Assembly: GCA_032718475.1 (NCBI GenBank) | Contig: JAUCBJ010002682.1 | Location: 1-64,000 of the forward strand | Length of the DNA stretch: 64,000 nt | Direction of reading: 5' to 3' | Source: Nemertoderma westbladi | Taxonomy: Eukaryota; Animalia; Xenacoelomorpha | In this document: one piece after another, positions 24,601-32,842 of the stretch | Layout of the letters: every line of letters begins with the position of its first letter | Position numbering within the stretch: the stretch's first letter is position 1 | Program-made: the position numbers and the translations under genes | Notes under the pieces: model-generated | What the model saw: only the letters and a program-made list of their open reading frames with translations | What the model was told of the DNA's origin: nothing | Database searches by the model: none

Positions 24601-25418
24601 GTTTGATCGTGTGACGTCCAATGGCAAGGTAGGCTCGCGAGTCTTCCACCCCATTCTTCCATCTCACCTTTCTCGAAAGCCTTGTAGGCTCTGTATAGGC
24701 TAAGAGCTTCTTTCTTTTCGCGGGTTGACTGATTCGCCTCGTCCAGCGTAAGTTCAAATACATCGGGTTCAACAACCTTAGGTGGGTAAATGACAGTTTC
24801 TCCCGCCTTTGGTCCGGTCATAGCAAATGAATGATATGGATTCGATAAAGGATACCCTCCTTCCTGGTAGCGTAGTTGTTGATGATTCAAACACCTCGCC
24901 AATATCGGTTCGGGATTTTCCTTATTCAAACGCATCGGAATCGCATTTCGTTGTTCGCGCATACAAGAACCGCATTGATAATAAAGTTTATAAACTGAAA
25001 ATTCTTCCTTGGTTTCTCTATCGTCCCCTCGAGTTCGTCTGTAAAGATGCATTCCATCGAATTCATCGCGTACCGCAGGCATAGGTTCATGCGCCTTTAG
25101 GTATTGCATGGTATGATACAAACGACTAATTTCAGTATCGGGGTCTTCGCTAATGTCTCCCGTATCACACAAAGCATCGTACGGGTAAAGTTCGTTGAAG
25201 GTTTGGCGCAAACTTTCGATTCTTTCGTTCAATGCGTTTTGCCTTCTCTTTAATACATTCGAGTCATATTTAGTTCTCGCGAGTTTCGCTGTACTTTCCG
25301 ATAATTCTTTTATACCAAATATAGTATAATCCTTGGCTCCAAATCTTTCGAATGGCGCTGCTGCCTCCTCTTGGATATCATATCCCCATCTCGGCTCTCC
25401 TTGTATCCCTTTCTCCAT
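21693..25418 (-). CDS. ORF2, 1241 aa: DEDDy-like (WRN/RNase D/Mut-7 family) 3'-5' exonuclease domain plus three CCHC zinc knuckles
   Basis: ExoI FYDNEG then TIQI; LPKMVRNMILDKTVVKVGSGVREDL (ExoII); YVDTRPL; W..TSPPRAVLQYYLAIES (ExoIII, E for D), at ~23400-24030. Knuckles CSKCGVAGHHMAKC, CGWCGDQGSHTFYTC, CTYCNIKGHRASEC at ~22644-22824. Confidence 0.75.
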   Translation of the reverse strand: MEKGIQGEPRWGYDIQEEAAAPFERFGAKDYTIFGIKELSESTAKLARTKYDSNVLKRRQNALNERIESLRQTFNELYPYDALCDTGDISEDPDTEISRLYHTMQYLKAHEPMPAVRDEFDGMHLYRRTRGDDRETKEEFSVYKLYYQCGSCMREQRNAIPMRLNKENPEPILARCLNHQQLRYQEGGYPLSNPYHSFAMTGPKAGETVIYPPKVVEPDVFELTLDEANQSTREKKEALSLYRAYKAFEKGEMEEWGGRLASLPCHWTSHDQTSAKEMTPEVFESINFAQNVIQRLQIASPERPREMQPYSTLTTKPLSTTLNFPISIPVRQDTTYEIPIVDHPEIISNLEFLPAVVFSDMSKIYDLRRHITQKVVNNVPPHIQDFKELDRAGADIAPSNLKGYLTKTIRLWIGTGTFESDTDIAADWRGKVIRFDEDKDIEKIWQPSEELLDEWTRTFRSFQENGYMFYDNEGGSHQQSLTSKTIQIRAADGVLHVFSRQRSDKRMPIPPANTKRHHLITDIVKKMDQACNIDARMLPKMVRNMILDKTVVKVGSGVREDLISDFAGMTDSDDRLPTPYVDTRPLILWSIEQGYFREYNTQKTGTGYISYLLFNWDYKEGKRNKYIETYGEGDTPDMSEFESQLKWRGCVYWAITSPPRAVLQYYLAIESSVNVCLIADIVSRTLKRHPLCLGEDHTFYMEGRIRTDVFRRFLEPFYNSDAQCNAFTRAGFSIFRDVYLRCAGSLIERPSMFTLLPYEGERIVEITEESRQTRAPIGHLGDEFEVTTTIADDPLEELLEIERNLPKKSQTEIRQLEATDAIVCLQPSETYQPIDPDDYDYSMGGSARPIGDLIYERVWYPANTMCSKCGVAGHHMAKCSGKHITTTQLICGWCGDQGSHTFYTCWRFMAQCTYCNIKGHRASECQLRDIPYEHESVKLVRKLFDEWEDLADEHVSAQRRRFPMRAHLGFWAVNPQTMMSEGYISAMPQYDELIEVVDILPHDSGFRVVREYLLQIHPDNKNTWNFQKVVNRITYGEFDRFRTEKRNKGAWLTVAWAYRAAFYHKRIRASVFEEEEVLEATNISATPVAPSARHPREDGQGRIIRVQKVGQQLKKIINVEERKGVEPTIRVTRDTVSLPREPVGGSGHTPADQQGAQATLGSASSTSRAFPDVLPTVATTDRSRGIGRGFGMPNRRICEEIVAPSLNVPSKPVTRPISPISRAKSPVRSFRGRGRARSTKR

Positions 25419-25939
25419 AATTAGGGTGTAGTTACATAATCATTACTACTAGAGGGAATACAACAGAGTTTGTAGTTAGTTGTGAGGAGACGTGAGAGTT
25501 TCGTCTGCCCTTTGGGCTCGACAACGCTCTAACCTCCTACCCATAGCCTAAGATCTAGGGTTTCTTTAATGACACGCTGCTTCTTATCTAAAATTTTTTG
25601 CCGAAATAAAAACGAATTTGGGCTAAACTGGCTGTGAGTCTAAAATACTCACTTTTTGATCCCAAACTATTATCAGAAAATAAGCAGTCAAGAATTAGTA
25701 ATAAATATAGGGGAGTCTATTTTGTCGTAACTTATTGAAACAAGACCGTGTAAAATTTAATTAAAATTTTAAGAAAGGCTCGCAAGTCTTCCTCTCTTGT
25801 TTCTCTAATTTTAAGTTCCACCCGACTGTACCCTGAAATCTATTCACTGGAGAAAATTTTAAAAATTTTTTTTTTTTTTTTTTCAAATCCAAATGGATTG
25901 TCTAAAATTTCGAAAATGTCTCAATATTGTGAGTTCCAA

Positions 25940-26035
25940 GTAGAATTCCATTTCTTATACCTACAAATCCCGCTCCTATGTGACACATAAGGGTACTACC
26001 CTCAATGTTCACATATAAAGACAATGGAATTCTAC
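25940..26035. other. Long nested stem-loop between ORF1 and ORF2
   Basis: GTAGAATTCCATT (25940-25952) / AATGGAATTCTAC (26023-26035), enclosing TATGTGACACAT/ATGTTCACATA and AGGGTA/TACCCT. Confidence 0.7.
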
Positions 26036-26089
26036 CGCTGTCCTTACTACGGTGTACAGGTACGTGGAAATCTATTTGTAAACTCCTAA

Positions 26090-29000
26090 TTATTTACTAG
26101 TATTAGGTGGAGATTTGTAGTCTCCAGACTCGTTACGAGTCTCTTCAAGAAGTACGAGACGTTGAGTCGGTCTGTCTACTGTACGACCGTCAATTGTCCG
26201 TACCGTCACAGTTCTTGTCACTCCATCCATAGATGGATGTGTGGCTAAAATGACACCTGTTATCCAGAAGCGTCTTTTTAGATTCACTTCTGCCAACAGC
26301 ACGTGATCTCCCGGCTTTAATGCGCGGGTGTTATTGTACCAGTTTGTTCTGGCAGAAATAGAGGGCAAATAATGGTTTTGCCATATTTCCCAGAATTTGT
26401 TAGCCAGTAGTTGCGTGATTTTCCACGCTTTTCTACCGTAACTGTCGCTTTCTATTGGAATAGAAATCGGCGTTAATGTCGTCGGTGCCTGCATAAGCAG
26501 GTGTGCCGGTGTTAAAGCAAACTGGGATTGTTTGTCATCGGGTACTAATACTATTGGTCTAGTATTTAGTATTGCCTCGATTTCAACAAACAATGTTGTC
26601 AGTTGGTCGTCTGTTAATATGTGGTTTACTGGAATGACCTTTGCCATGGCTGTCTTTATAGATCTAATCAATCTCTCCCAGACTCCGCCTCTCCAAGGAC
26701 TATCTGGAGGATTAAACTTCCAAACAATCTTGTGAGGTTGTAGTTCGTTCGAGATTTGATCATGATCTAATTTCTTAAAGGCTCTAGCAATCTCATTCCG
26801 AGCACCAACAAAGTTTGTCCCTTGGTCTGAGTACAAGCATTTTACTAGTCCGCGTCTAGCGATAAATCGCCGCAGTGCTAGTATAAACGCGTTGGTGGAA
26901 AGATCCATCACACGTTCAATGTGAACTGCCCTACTGGACATACATGTGAAAATCAGTCCCCAGCGTTTTACTAGTATGCGTCCACGTTTCGTATGTATGG
27001 GACCAAAGCAATCAATTCCAGTCTCTGTAAAAGGTGGCCTGAATGCTTGAAGTCGTGCTTGTGGTAGTTCACTCATTTCTTGGGTACCTATTCTAGAATG
27101 TACCTTTTTACAAATAATACACGTACGTGTCACTGAACTTAATGCTTTACTGGGTCTAATTAATACAAATCTAGTACGTAAGTAGGAAAGACAGTGGTGT
27201 CTTCCAGCGTGTTTTAGATGTAAATGTGCGTCCAGTATCATTGCACGTTGTAGTTCGTGATGTTGCGGTATTATTATTGGGTACCTAAAGTTTGTGTTAA
27301 AGTCAATGTTTTGAAGCCGAGATTTATGACAAATTAAGCCATTATAAATAATCGGACTCCAACTCAGTATTGGTGATGACTTGATTGATTGACCTTGATT
27401 TATAGATGTGAATTCGCGCGCGAAATATCGCAGTTGATAATGGCGAATTAATTTTATCTCACACCTGTCAATCTCAGCCAATGTAAGTCGACGTGTAAAG
27501 TCGCGTTTGCCTTTAACGTATTGTACAAAACGTACAATCCACGCTAATTTTCGGCAAGCGCTTGTCCAAGAATCTGTTAAGTTTACAATACGGTCGACGT
27601 AAGTATTTGTGACGTCATCAGGTAAGTCAATTGAGAATTTGGAAGGTTTTGAATTACTAGAAGGGCCCACGGGTCCGCCGGTAAGTATTCTCTTGTTGAC
27701 TGTTGATCCGTCGGGGTCTACAAGTAATTTGTCCTTCTTTGTCTTCTTACCTTGATTGTCAGTACTTTGTAAGTCGATCGTTAATGGTGGTTTGAACTCT
27801 ATGGGGTCAGCAGGTTTCGGTAGACTTATTTTCCTGCCGACATTAATCCCAGGTCTCACTATAGGTTGCAAGTTCGGTATGTCTCTTGAGCGCAAAGTAA
27901 CACCTGTATTTACATTAGCGTAGGTACTACCCACATCTGTAATACATGAGGTTTCACCGTGCTTATGGATGCTCAAGTGTGTTAAAATTGGTAGTTTGTC
28001 AATACAAGGCCGCTCCAATAGGGAAACTGCGGCTTTATCGTTAGTCAATACATTACTAGTGTCTAGTCGACTGTCTAGTAATGTGTCTGGCGATACGTCT
28101 GGTAACGTATCTGGTTGTTTGTCAATAGAAGGCCGCTCCAATAGAGAAACTGCGGCTTCACTGTTTGTCAGTGTGTTACTAACGTCTGGTGGAACATTTT
28201 GTGACATGTCTGTCAAAACGTCTGGTTGACCGTCTGGCAATATGTCTGGTGTAGAAAGGCTCGCAAGTCTTCCTCTCTTGACCTTTGAAGTTATATCCTT
28301 CCATTTCGCCTTCGGTTTCTTCTTAAGTTTGTCCAATACAGCTTGTTCCACTTGCTGATTTCTCAACGCTTCATCATCGATATCGACGGGCATTGTTGAG
28401 GTTGTTGGGGTAGGTAGACTCGCAAGCCTATCATCTGTCGTCGATGGAATCTCTAGCTGACTCGTCTTCTCCCCAAGTTCTAAACTCCGCTGGTGGGTTA
28501 GCTGCTCCTTGTGACTTATCATACTAGTTACACGTCTGTTATGTTTTGTCGACTGTAGTGTAGTATGGTTCACGTCGGGTGAGAAGGAATGAATTGAATT
28601 TGTAGTTAATAAACTACATGTACTCTGTACATCGTCTTCCTCGTCACTTACGTCTAGTGTGCGCACAGGCGCTCGAGTATACCACCCTATCGGCGTTCTG
28701 CAGGCGTATGCGTTTCCCGCTACAACTGCCGATGGTCTGGTTTCCCACACCTGATGTAGGTTGAATTGGTCCGTCCCGATCAGCATTGCTACCGATCTAT
28801 AATTGACAGGACATTCGGGTACACCAAGGTGTCTGAAATACTTACGGTCCTCCAGAGATTGTTCCGGCACTGGACCTAGTAGGTTACTAAAGTCCTTCGT
28901 GGCCGCAAAGGTTAGATCTCTAAAGGGCAACAAAGACCTCTCCCTCTCGCTGTGTTGCGATTTTGGAAGAAGAGAGTCTAAGTCCAACTTAACTCGTGTC

Positions 29001-32000
29001 ACTGGTATTGCACGCTGTCCGTGCATACTACTTACTGTATAACTGACGTGCTTACCTTGTTTTAGATCCGTCACGACGTCAGCTATCTTTTCGTCCACGT
29101 AGCTATGGGATGAGGCTGAATCTAGAATCGCATAGATCCTCTTGCTCCCCTTTGTGCCAGTAACCTTGATCGGGATTACACTGAATCCCTTCAGTTGATC
29201 AGTAGTCAGGAGCGCGATCGACGGTTGTTCGTCTCCATTGGGATATTCGTCGTCGTCTTCTGATTCTTCGTCCGACGATCCGGATTGTTCTGAGAAGCAA
29301 TCCTCAATATGTGTCACGAAGGTCGGAGTCGTTTTCGATTCTCGTTTTCGGTAGGCCGCATCACATCTCGCTGCTGCTTCCGGGTGTTCCCTGGCGAAGC
29401 GTTTCGTCGGCGTGTGGCTGTCTGTGTGGAGCAGACCGTCGTGGTTGCGTCCACAGGATGGACAAGTGTCGGTATTTGGGCAATCCTTACGGACGTGTCC
29501 GTGTCGCGTACACCGCCAACAAGAGTCCAGTGGCCGTATCTGCAGCCGTCGTTCTTCCGAGTTCAACTCGCGAAATTGTCGACAACCTCGTAACTTGTGA
29601 CCAATATACCGCTTACCTAGATGCTCGCAGTATTGGCAGCCGTTGAAGTCGGTGCTGAGTTGCTGTCTCGTCTGTTTCGTCCCAATGGGCGCAGATACTC
29701 TATTACCGTCTGAGAATTGTCGTGATTCCGTCGGTGTGGCGTAAGTGGCCGTCTTAGTGGATGTTGTCTGGGGTTTTTGTCGGTTGGAGGATGGCAGCGT
29801 GATTCCTTCTGCCACGATGTGCTGGTCGGTGTAGTTAGATCGAGTTTCTACTACCGCCTCCCTGGATATTAAAAGGTACACATCTTCTAATTTTAAGAAT
29901 CCTCCCCGCTCCTCTCGCTGGTATTCGACCTTCCTCCACTCCCGACGAAGTCGATGGTGGAGTCGTCCTATTATCTTTAATAGGACTGTAGGGGTATTCC
30001 CGTAATCAAGTTGTCCAATTGATCTTAAGGTAGTGATAGCGTTCTTGATCTCGTCAGCTAGTTTTAGTAAGTCGACGGGTTTAGTGATAGCCCCTCCCTT
30101 ACAGAGTTCCTCTATTACTGACCTGGCCATGCTCACTGTACCTCCGTATATCGAAGTTAAACGATCGTACGCTAGTTCGAAAGCGTCCGGTACACCGACG
30201 AAAGTCTCCGCCAAACGTTTAGGTTCTCCTGACAACGTTTGGAGCAAGTAATTGAACTTCTCCCGTGATGTAAAGGCGCACACGGCGATCTGGGATTCGA
30301 TATAGTCTACGAAGGTATGCCAGTGTTTTGAGCTACCGGAAAACTTCGGTGGTTGTTGTACCGGCAATCCCTGTCTGGCTGCGAATTTCGCTATCTCCTC
30401 GGCAACGTTCAGAGTTTCGCGTCCTTGGTTGGTAACTTGGTTGATATCCCTTCTTGGCGCTTTTCCATGATACGATGTGGGGTTTGAAGGTACCGGTCTT
30501 TGTGGTTCCTTCTGGTGTCTATTGTGTTCGAATTCGGAATTTCTCGAACTGTCGGTTTGAACTTCCTCCAGACGCTCCTCGATCTGAGCCAACTTATTGA
30601 CAACTGGTCGCAGAATGTCGGCGAACTGTTGTGTACTAATTGCGTCCGTTGGTTGTAACGCCTTTTGTGTTGGTGTATTCTGTGGAGGGTTGTCTGCAAA
30701 GGAGTTGTCTGAACGCTCGCGTTTATATTCATCGGCCGCCCCTGTTCTAAATACCTCGCGTTTCGGGTAATCCGATTCGCTCGAAGTACTACTATCATCC
30801 GGATATGGTGGTCGACGTGCTCGCGTTCGTTGCGTCGTACGAATTCTAACATTCCGTTTCGGAACATCGTCCACTGATCTCCGTTGTTCGGTAGGCTCAC
30901 AAGTCTTCCTCGAAGTCGTAGATTGCGATGTAAACTGGTTGAATGGTCGCGTCTCCACTGTTCTCCGTTGTTCGGTAGGCTCACAAGTCTTCCTCGAAGT
31001 CGTAGATTGCGATGTAAATTGGTTGAACGGTGGGCGAATGACAGCATTTGAAACAACTGGCCTTGTTGGTCGAAACGTCATTGGGTAAGCGTAGTGTGTA
31101 ACGGGTTTAGGTGTCGACGGTGGACTCACCTGTTTTGTCGTCAGTAGCGCAGGTCCGGTCAATAAACTACTACGATCCGTAATCGGTGGGTTACTTACCT
31201 TGACTTTCGGAATGGGCGACGACGTTGCTCTTGAAGGTATAAACTTGTCCGGAATAACAAACCTGTGTTCCGTCACACCATGGATAGGAGAAATATCACT
31301 ACTACCCGCAATCGAAACAGGTTCCTTTGTCGTAACCGGTGCAAACATATGAGTTACCTGTGGGAATCGTTGACACACGTCCTTTACTAATTGTCGTTCC
31401 CGTCCGGGTGCTCCTACGCTTCCTTCCTTCTTCCGTTCCTGAATTTGGCGATGTCTTACCTCTAACTGGTCCAAATCATGTCCGTCACGAGATCTCATCG
31501 ATCGATCGCGGGCCTTTTGATCCAGATCTTCCTCAGCGTTCGCTAATTCTCTCGCCTTCTTCTCAAGTTCGAAATGAAGTTTAGCTGTCTTCTCTCGTTG
31601 TTCCGTTTGTCGTTGTTGCGCCTCAAATTCTGCTTGTCGTATAGCGGATTGAGCCTTTATTTGCCGTGTTTTCATTTCGGCCCGTGCTTCCGAAACTAAC
31701 CTGTCTCGTTCTAATTCCGCCGCTGCCGCTGCCGCTTGTCGCTCTGACTCTGCCGCTGCCGCTGCCGCTTGTCGCTCTGACTCTGCCGCTGCCGCTGCCG
31801 CTTGTCGCTCTGACTCTGCCGCTGCCGCTGCCGCTTGTCGGGCAATGTCTACCTCTAACCTTTCTACTTCAGCTGCTTCTAATTCAGCTTGTTCCTGTAG
31901 ATGAGAGATTCTCGCTATATTCGCAACGCGTAGCTTCTCTTCCTCTACTGCTGCTTGCATCACTAGAAGTTGGGCTTGTTCCTCCATTTCTCGTCGTTGT

Positions 32001-32842
32001 CGGTAGAATTCTTGCTGTTGTCGAGCAACTTCTGACGTAACCATACTTCCCTCGCAGATTTCGCTACGAATACTTACCAGCGATTGATTTAGTATTCCCG
32101 GTGCCGATTCGATTTGTGCGAATGAAGTTTCCCTCGTATATTCCGGCACGGTTTCCAAATCGCCGACGTCTTCGCCGCACATGCGTAAGTGGTCCGTCAG
32201 GTGTTTTAATTGTCCATCCAGTCGGTACAGTTCCTGTTCTTCCTCGGGTTGTAATAATTCGTCCGAAACTGACTCACCTAACAACTGGTCCGCTTGTTCC
32301 TGTTGTATCTGCCTAATCGTCGACTTAAACTGAATCAGTTTCTCTCTAGCGATCATTAGTTTCTCGAGGATTCTAAGTTGAGTGTCCATGTCCTGTCTCT
32401 GTCTAGCTAGATCTTGTAGACCAATTAGGTTATCTACGGACTTGTGTACTCTAGTTTGCACTCTAACCTGGAGGGTGTAGAACTCGAATCGAGACATCGG
32501 AGCGGTCAACTCGTCTAATATGCGATGACCTTCTCCAATACTCCTGGTTATATGCGCCATGTAACCTCCGACGCTTCTAACCACACTTTCCTGGCTTCCT
32601 GCTGAACTTACCATGTCCGTTTCCCTGTATCTAGGTTGCGGAACAGTTAGAAAGTCCTCGGTCCTGCCGTCGCCTCGTACTACGGCATCCGGTACTCCCG
32701 TTGGATGTACTGGTGACGCACACGGTGTAGGTTCGGTAGGCTCGCGAGTCTTCCCCTGTTGTCCTTCCGCTGCTGACTTATCCGCGTCACACGAGTCATA
32801 GTCGGTAGGTGTATTCTTTGTATAGTCTTGTTTGTCACTCAT
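26090..32842 (-). CDS. ORF1, 2250 aa BEL/Pao polyprotein: coiled-coil N-terminus, Gag (DUF1759-like), three Cys/His knuckles, aspartic protease, integrase; no RT or RNase H
   Basis: PPKFSGSSKHWHTF...EKFNYLLQTLSGEP; CQYC..H....C, CWRCTRHGHVRKDC, CPSCGRNHDGLLH; ILDSASS, MLIGTD, RTPIGW; HLHLKHAG...CIIC; GIDCFGP, SDQGTNF, GGVWERL, LNTRP, TPAHLL, DGVTRTV. Confidence 0.92.
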   Translation of the reverse strand: MSDKQDYTKNTPTDYDSCDADKSAAEGQQGKTREPTEPTPCASPVHPTGVPDAVVRGDGRTEDFLTVPQPRYRETDMVSSAGSQESVVRSVGGYMAHITRSIGEGHRILDELTAPMSRFEFYTLQVRVQTRVHKSVDNLIGLQDLARQRQDMDTQLRILEKLMIAREKLIQFKSTIRQIQQEQADQLLGESVSDELLQPEEEQELYRLDGQLKHLTDHLRMCGEDVGDLETVPEYTRETSFAQIESAPGILNQSLVSIRSEICEGSMVTSEVARQQQEFYRQRREMEEQAQLLVMQAAVEEEKLRVANIARISHLQEQAELEAAEVERLEVDIARQAAAAAAESERQAAAAAAESERQAAAAAAESERQAAAAAAELERDRLVSEARAEMKTRQIKAQSAIRQAEFEAQQRQTEQREKTAKLHFELEKKARELANAEEDLDQKARDRSMRSRDGHDLDQLEVRHRQIQERKKEGSVGAPGRERQLVKDVCQRFPQVTHMFAPVTTKEPVSIAGSSDISPIHGVTEHRFVIPDKFIPSRATSSPIPKVKVSNPPITDRSSLLTGPALLTTKQVSPPSTPKPVTHYAYPMTFRPTRPVVSNAVIRPPFNQFTSQSTTSRKTCEPTEQRRTVETRPFNQFTSQSTTSRKTCEPTEQRRSVDDVPKRNVRIRTTQRTRARRPPYPDDSSTSSESDYPKREVFRTGAADEYKRERSDNSFADNPPQNTPTQKALQPTDAISTQQFADILRPVVNKLAQIEERLEEVQTDSSRNSEFEHNRHQKEPQRPVPSNPTSYHGKAPRRDINQVTNQGRETLNVAEEIAKFAARQGLPVQQPPKFSGSSKHWHTFVDYIESQIAVCAFTSREKFNYLLQTLSGEPKRLAETFVGVPDAFELAYDRLTSIYGGTVSMARSVIEELCKGGAITKPVDLLKLADEIKNAITTLRSIGQLDYGNTPTVLLKIIGRLHHRLRREWRKVEYQREERGGFLKLEDVYLLISREAVVETRSNYTDQHIVAEGITLPSSNRQKPQTTSTKTATYATPTESRQFSDGNRVSAPIGTKQTRQQLSTDFNGCQYCEHLGKRYIGHKLRGCRQFRELNSEERRLQIRPLDSCWRCTRHGHVRKDCPNTDTCPSCGRNHDGLLHTDSHTPTKRFAREHPEAAARCDAAYRKRESKTTPTFVTHIEDCFSEQSGSSDEESEDDDEYPNGDEQPSIALLTTDQLKGFSVIPIKVTGTKGSKRIYAILDSASSHSYVDEKIADVVTDLKQGKHVSYTVSSMHGQRAIPVTRVKLDLDSLLPKSQHSERERSLLPFRDLTFAATKDFSNLLGPVPEQSLEDRKYFRHLGVPECPVNYRSVAMLIGTDQFNLHQVWETRPSAVVAGNAYACRTPIGWYTRAPVRTLDVSDEEDDVQSTCSLLTTNSIHSFSPDVNHTTLQSTKHNRRVTSMISHKEQLTHQRSLELGEKTSQLEIPSTTDDRLASLPTPTTSTMPVDIDDEALRNQQVEQAVLDKLKKKPKAKWKDITSKVKRGRLASLSTPDILPDGQPDVLTDMSQNVPPDVSNTLTNSEAAVSLLERPSIDKQPDTLPDVSPDTLLDSRLDTSNVLTNDKAAVSLLERPCIDKLPILTHLSIHKHGETSCITDVGSTYANVNTGVTLRSRDIPNLQPIVRPGINVGRKISLPKPADPIEFKPPLTIDLQSTDNQGKKTKKDKLLVDPDGSTVNKRILTGGPVGPSSNSKPSKFSIDLPDDVTNTYVDRIVNLTDSWTSACRKLAWIVRFVQYVKGKRDFTRRLTLAEIDRCEIKLIRHYQLRYFAREFTSINQGQSIKSSPILSWSPIIYNGLICHKSRLQNIDFNTNFRYPIIIPQHHELQRAMILDAHLHLKHAGRHHCLSYLRTRFVLIRPSKALSSVTRTCIICKKVHSRIGTQEMSELPQARLQAFRPPFTETGIDCFGPIHTKRGRILVKRWGLIFTCMSSRAVHIERVMDLSTNAFILALRRFIARRGLVKCLYSDQGTNFVGARNEIARAFKKLDHDQISNELQPHKIVWKFNPPDSPWRGGVWERLIRSIKTAMAKVIPVNHILTDDQLTTLFVEIEAILNTRPIVLVPDDKQSQFALTPAHLLMQAPTTLTPISIPIESDSYGRKAWKITQLLANKFWEIWQNHYLPSISARTNWYNNTRALKPGDHVLLAEVNLKRRFWITGVILATHPSMDGVTRTVTVRTIDGRTVDRPTQRLVLLEETRNESGDYKSPPNTSK

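Noticed and set aside
21693-25418. ORF2 as envelope glycoprotein
   Set aside because: No evident signal peptide, TM anchor or fusion-protein Cys pattern; nuclease and knuckle motifs instead.
27590-27610. YVD in NTYVDRIV as a possible RT YVDD remnant
   Set aside because: No second Asp, no surrounding RT motifs, and it lies at the start of the pre-integrase region.
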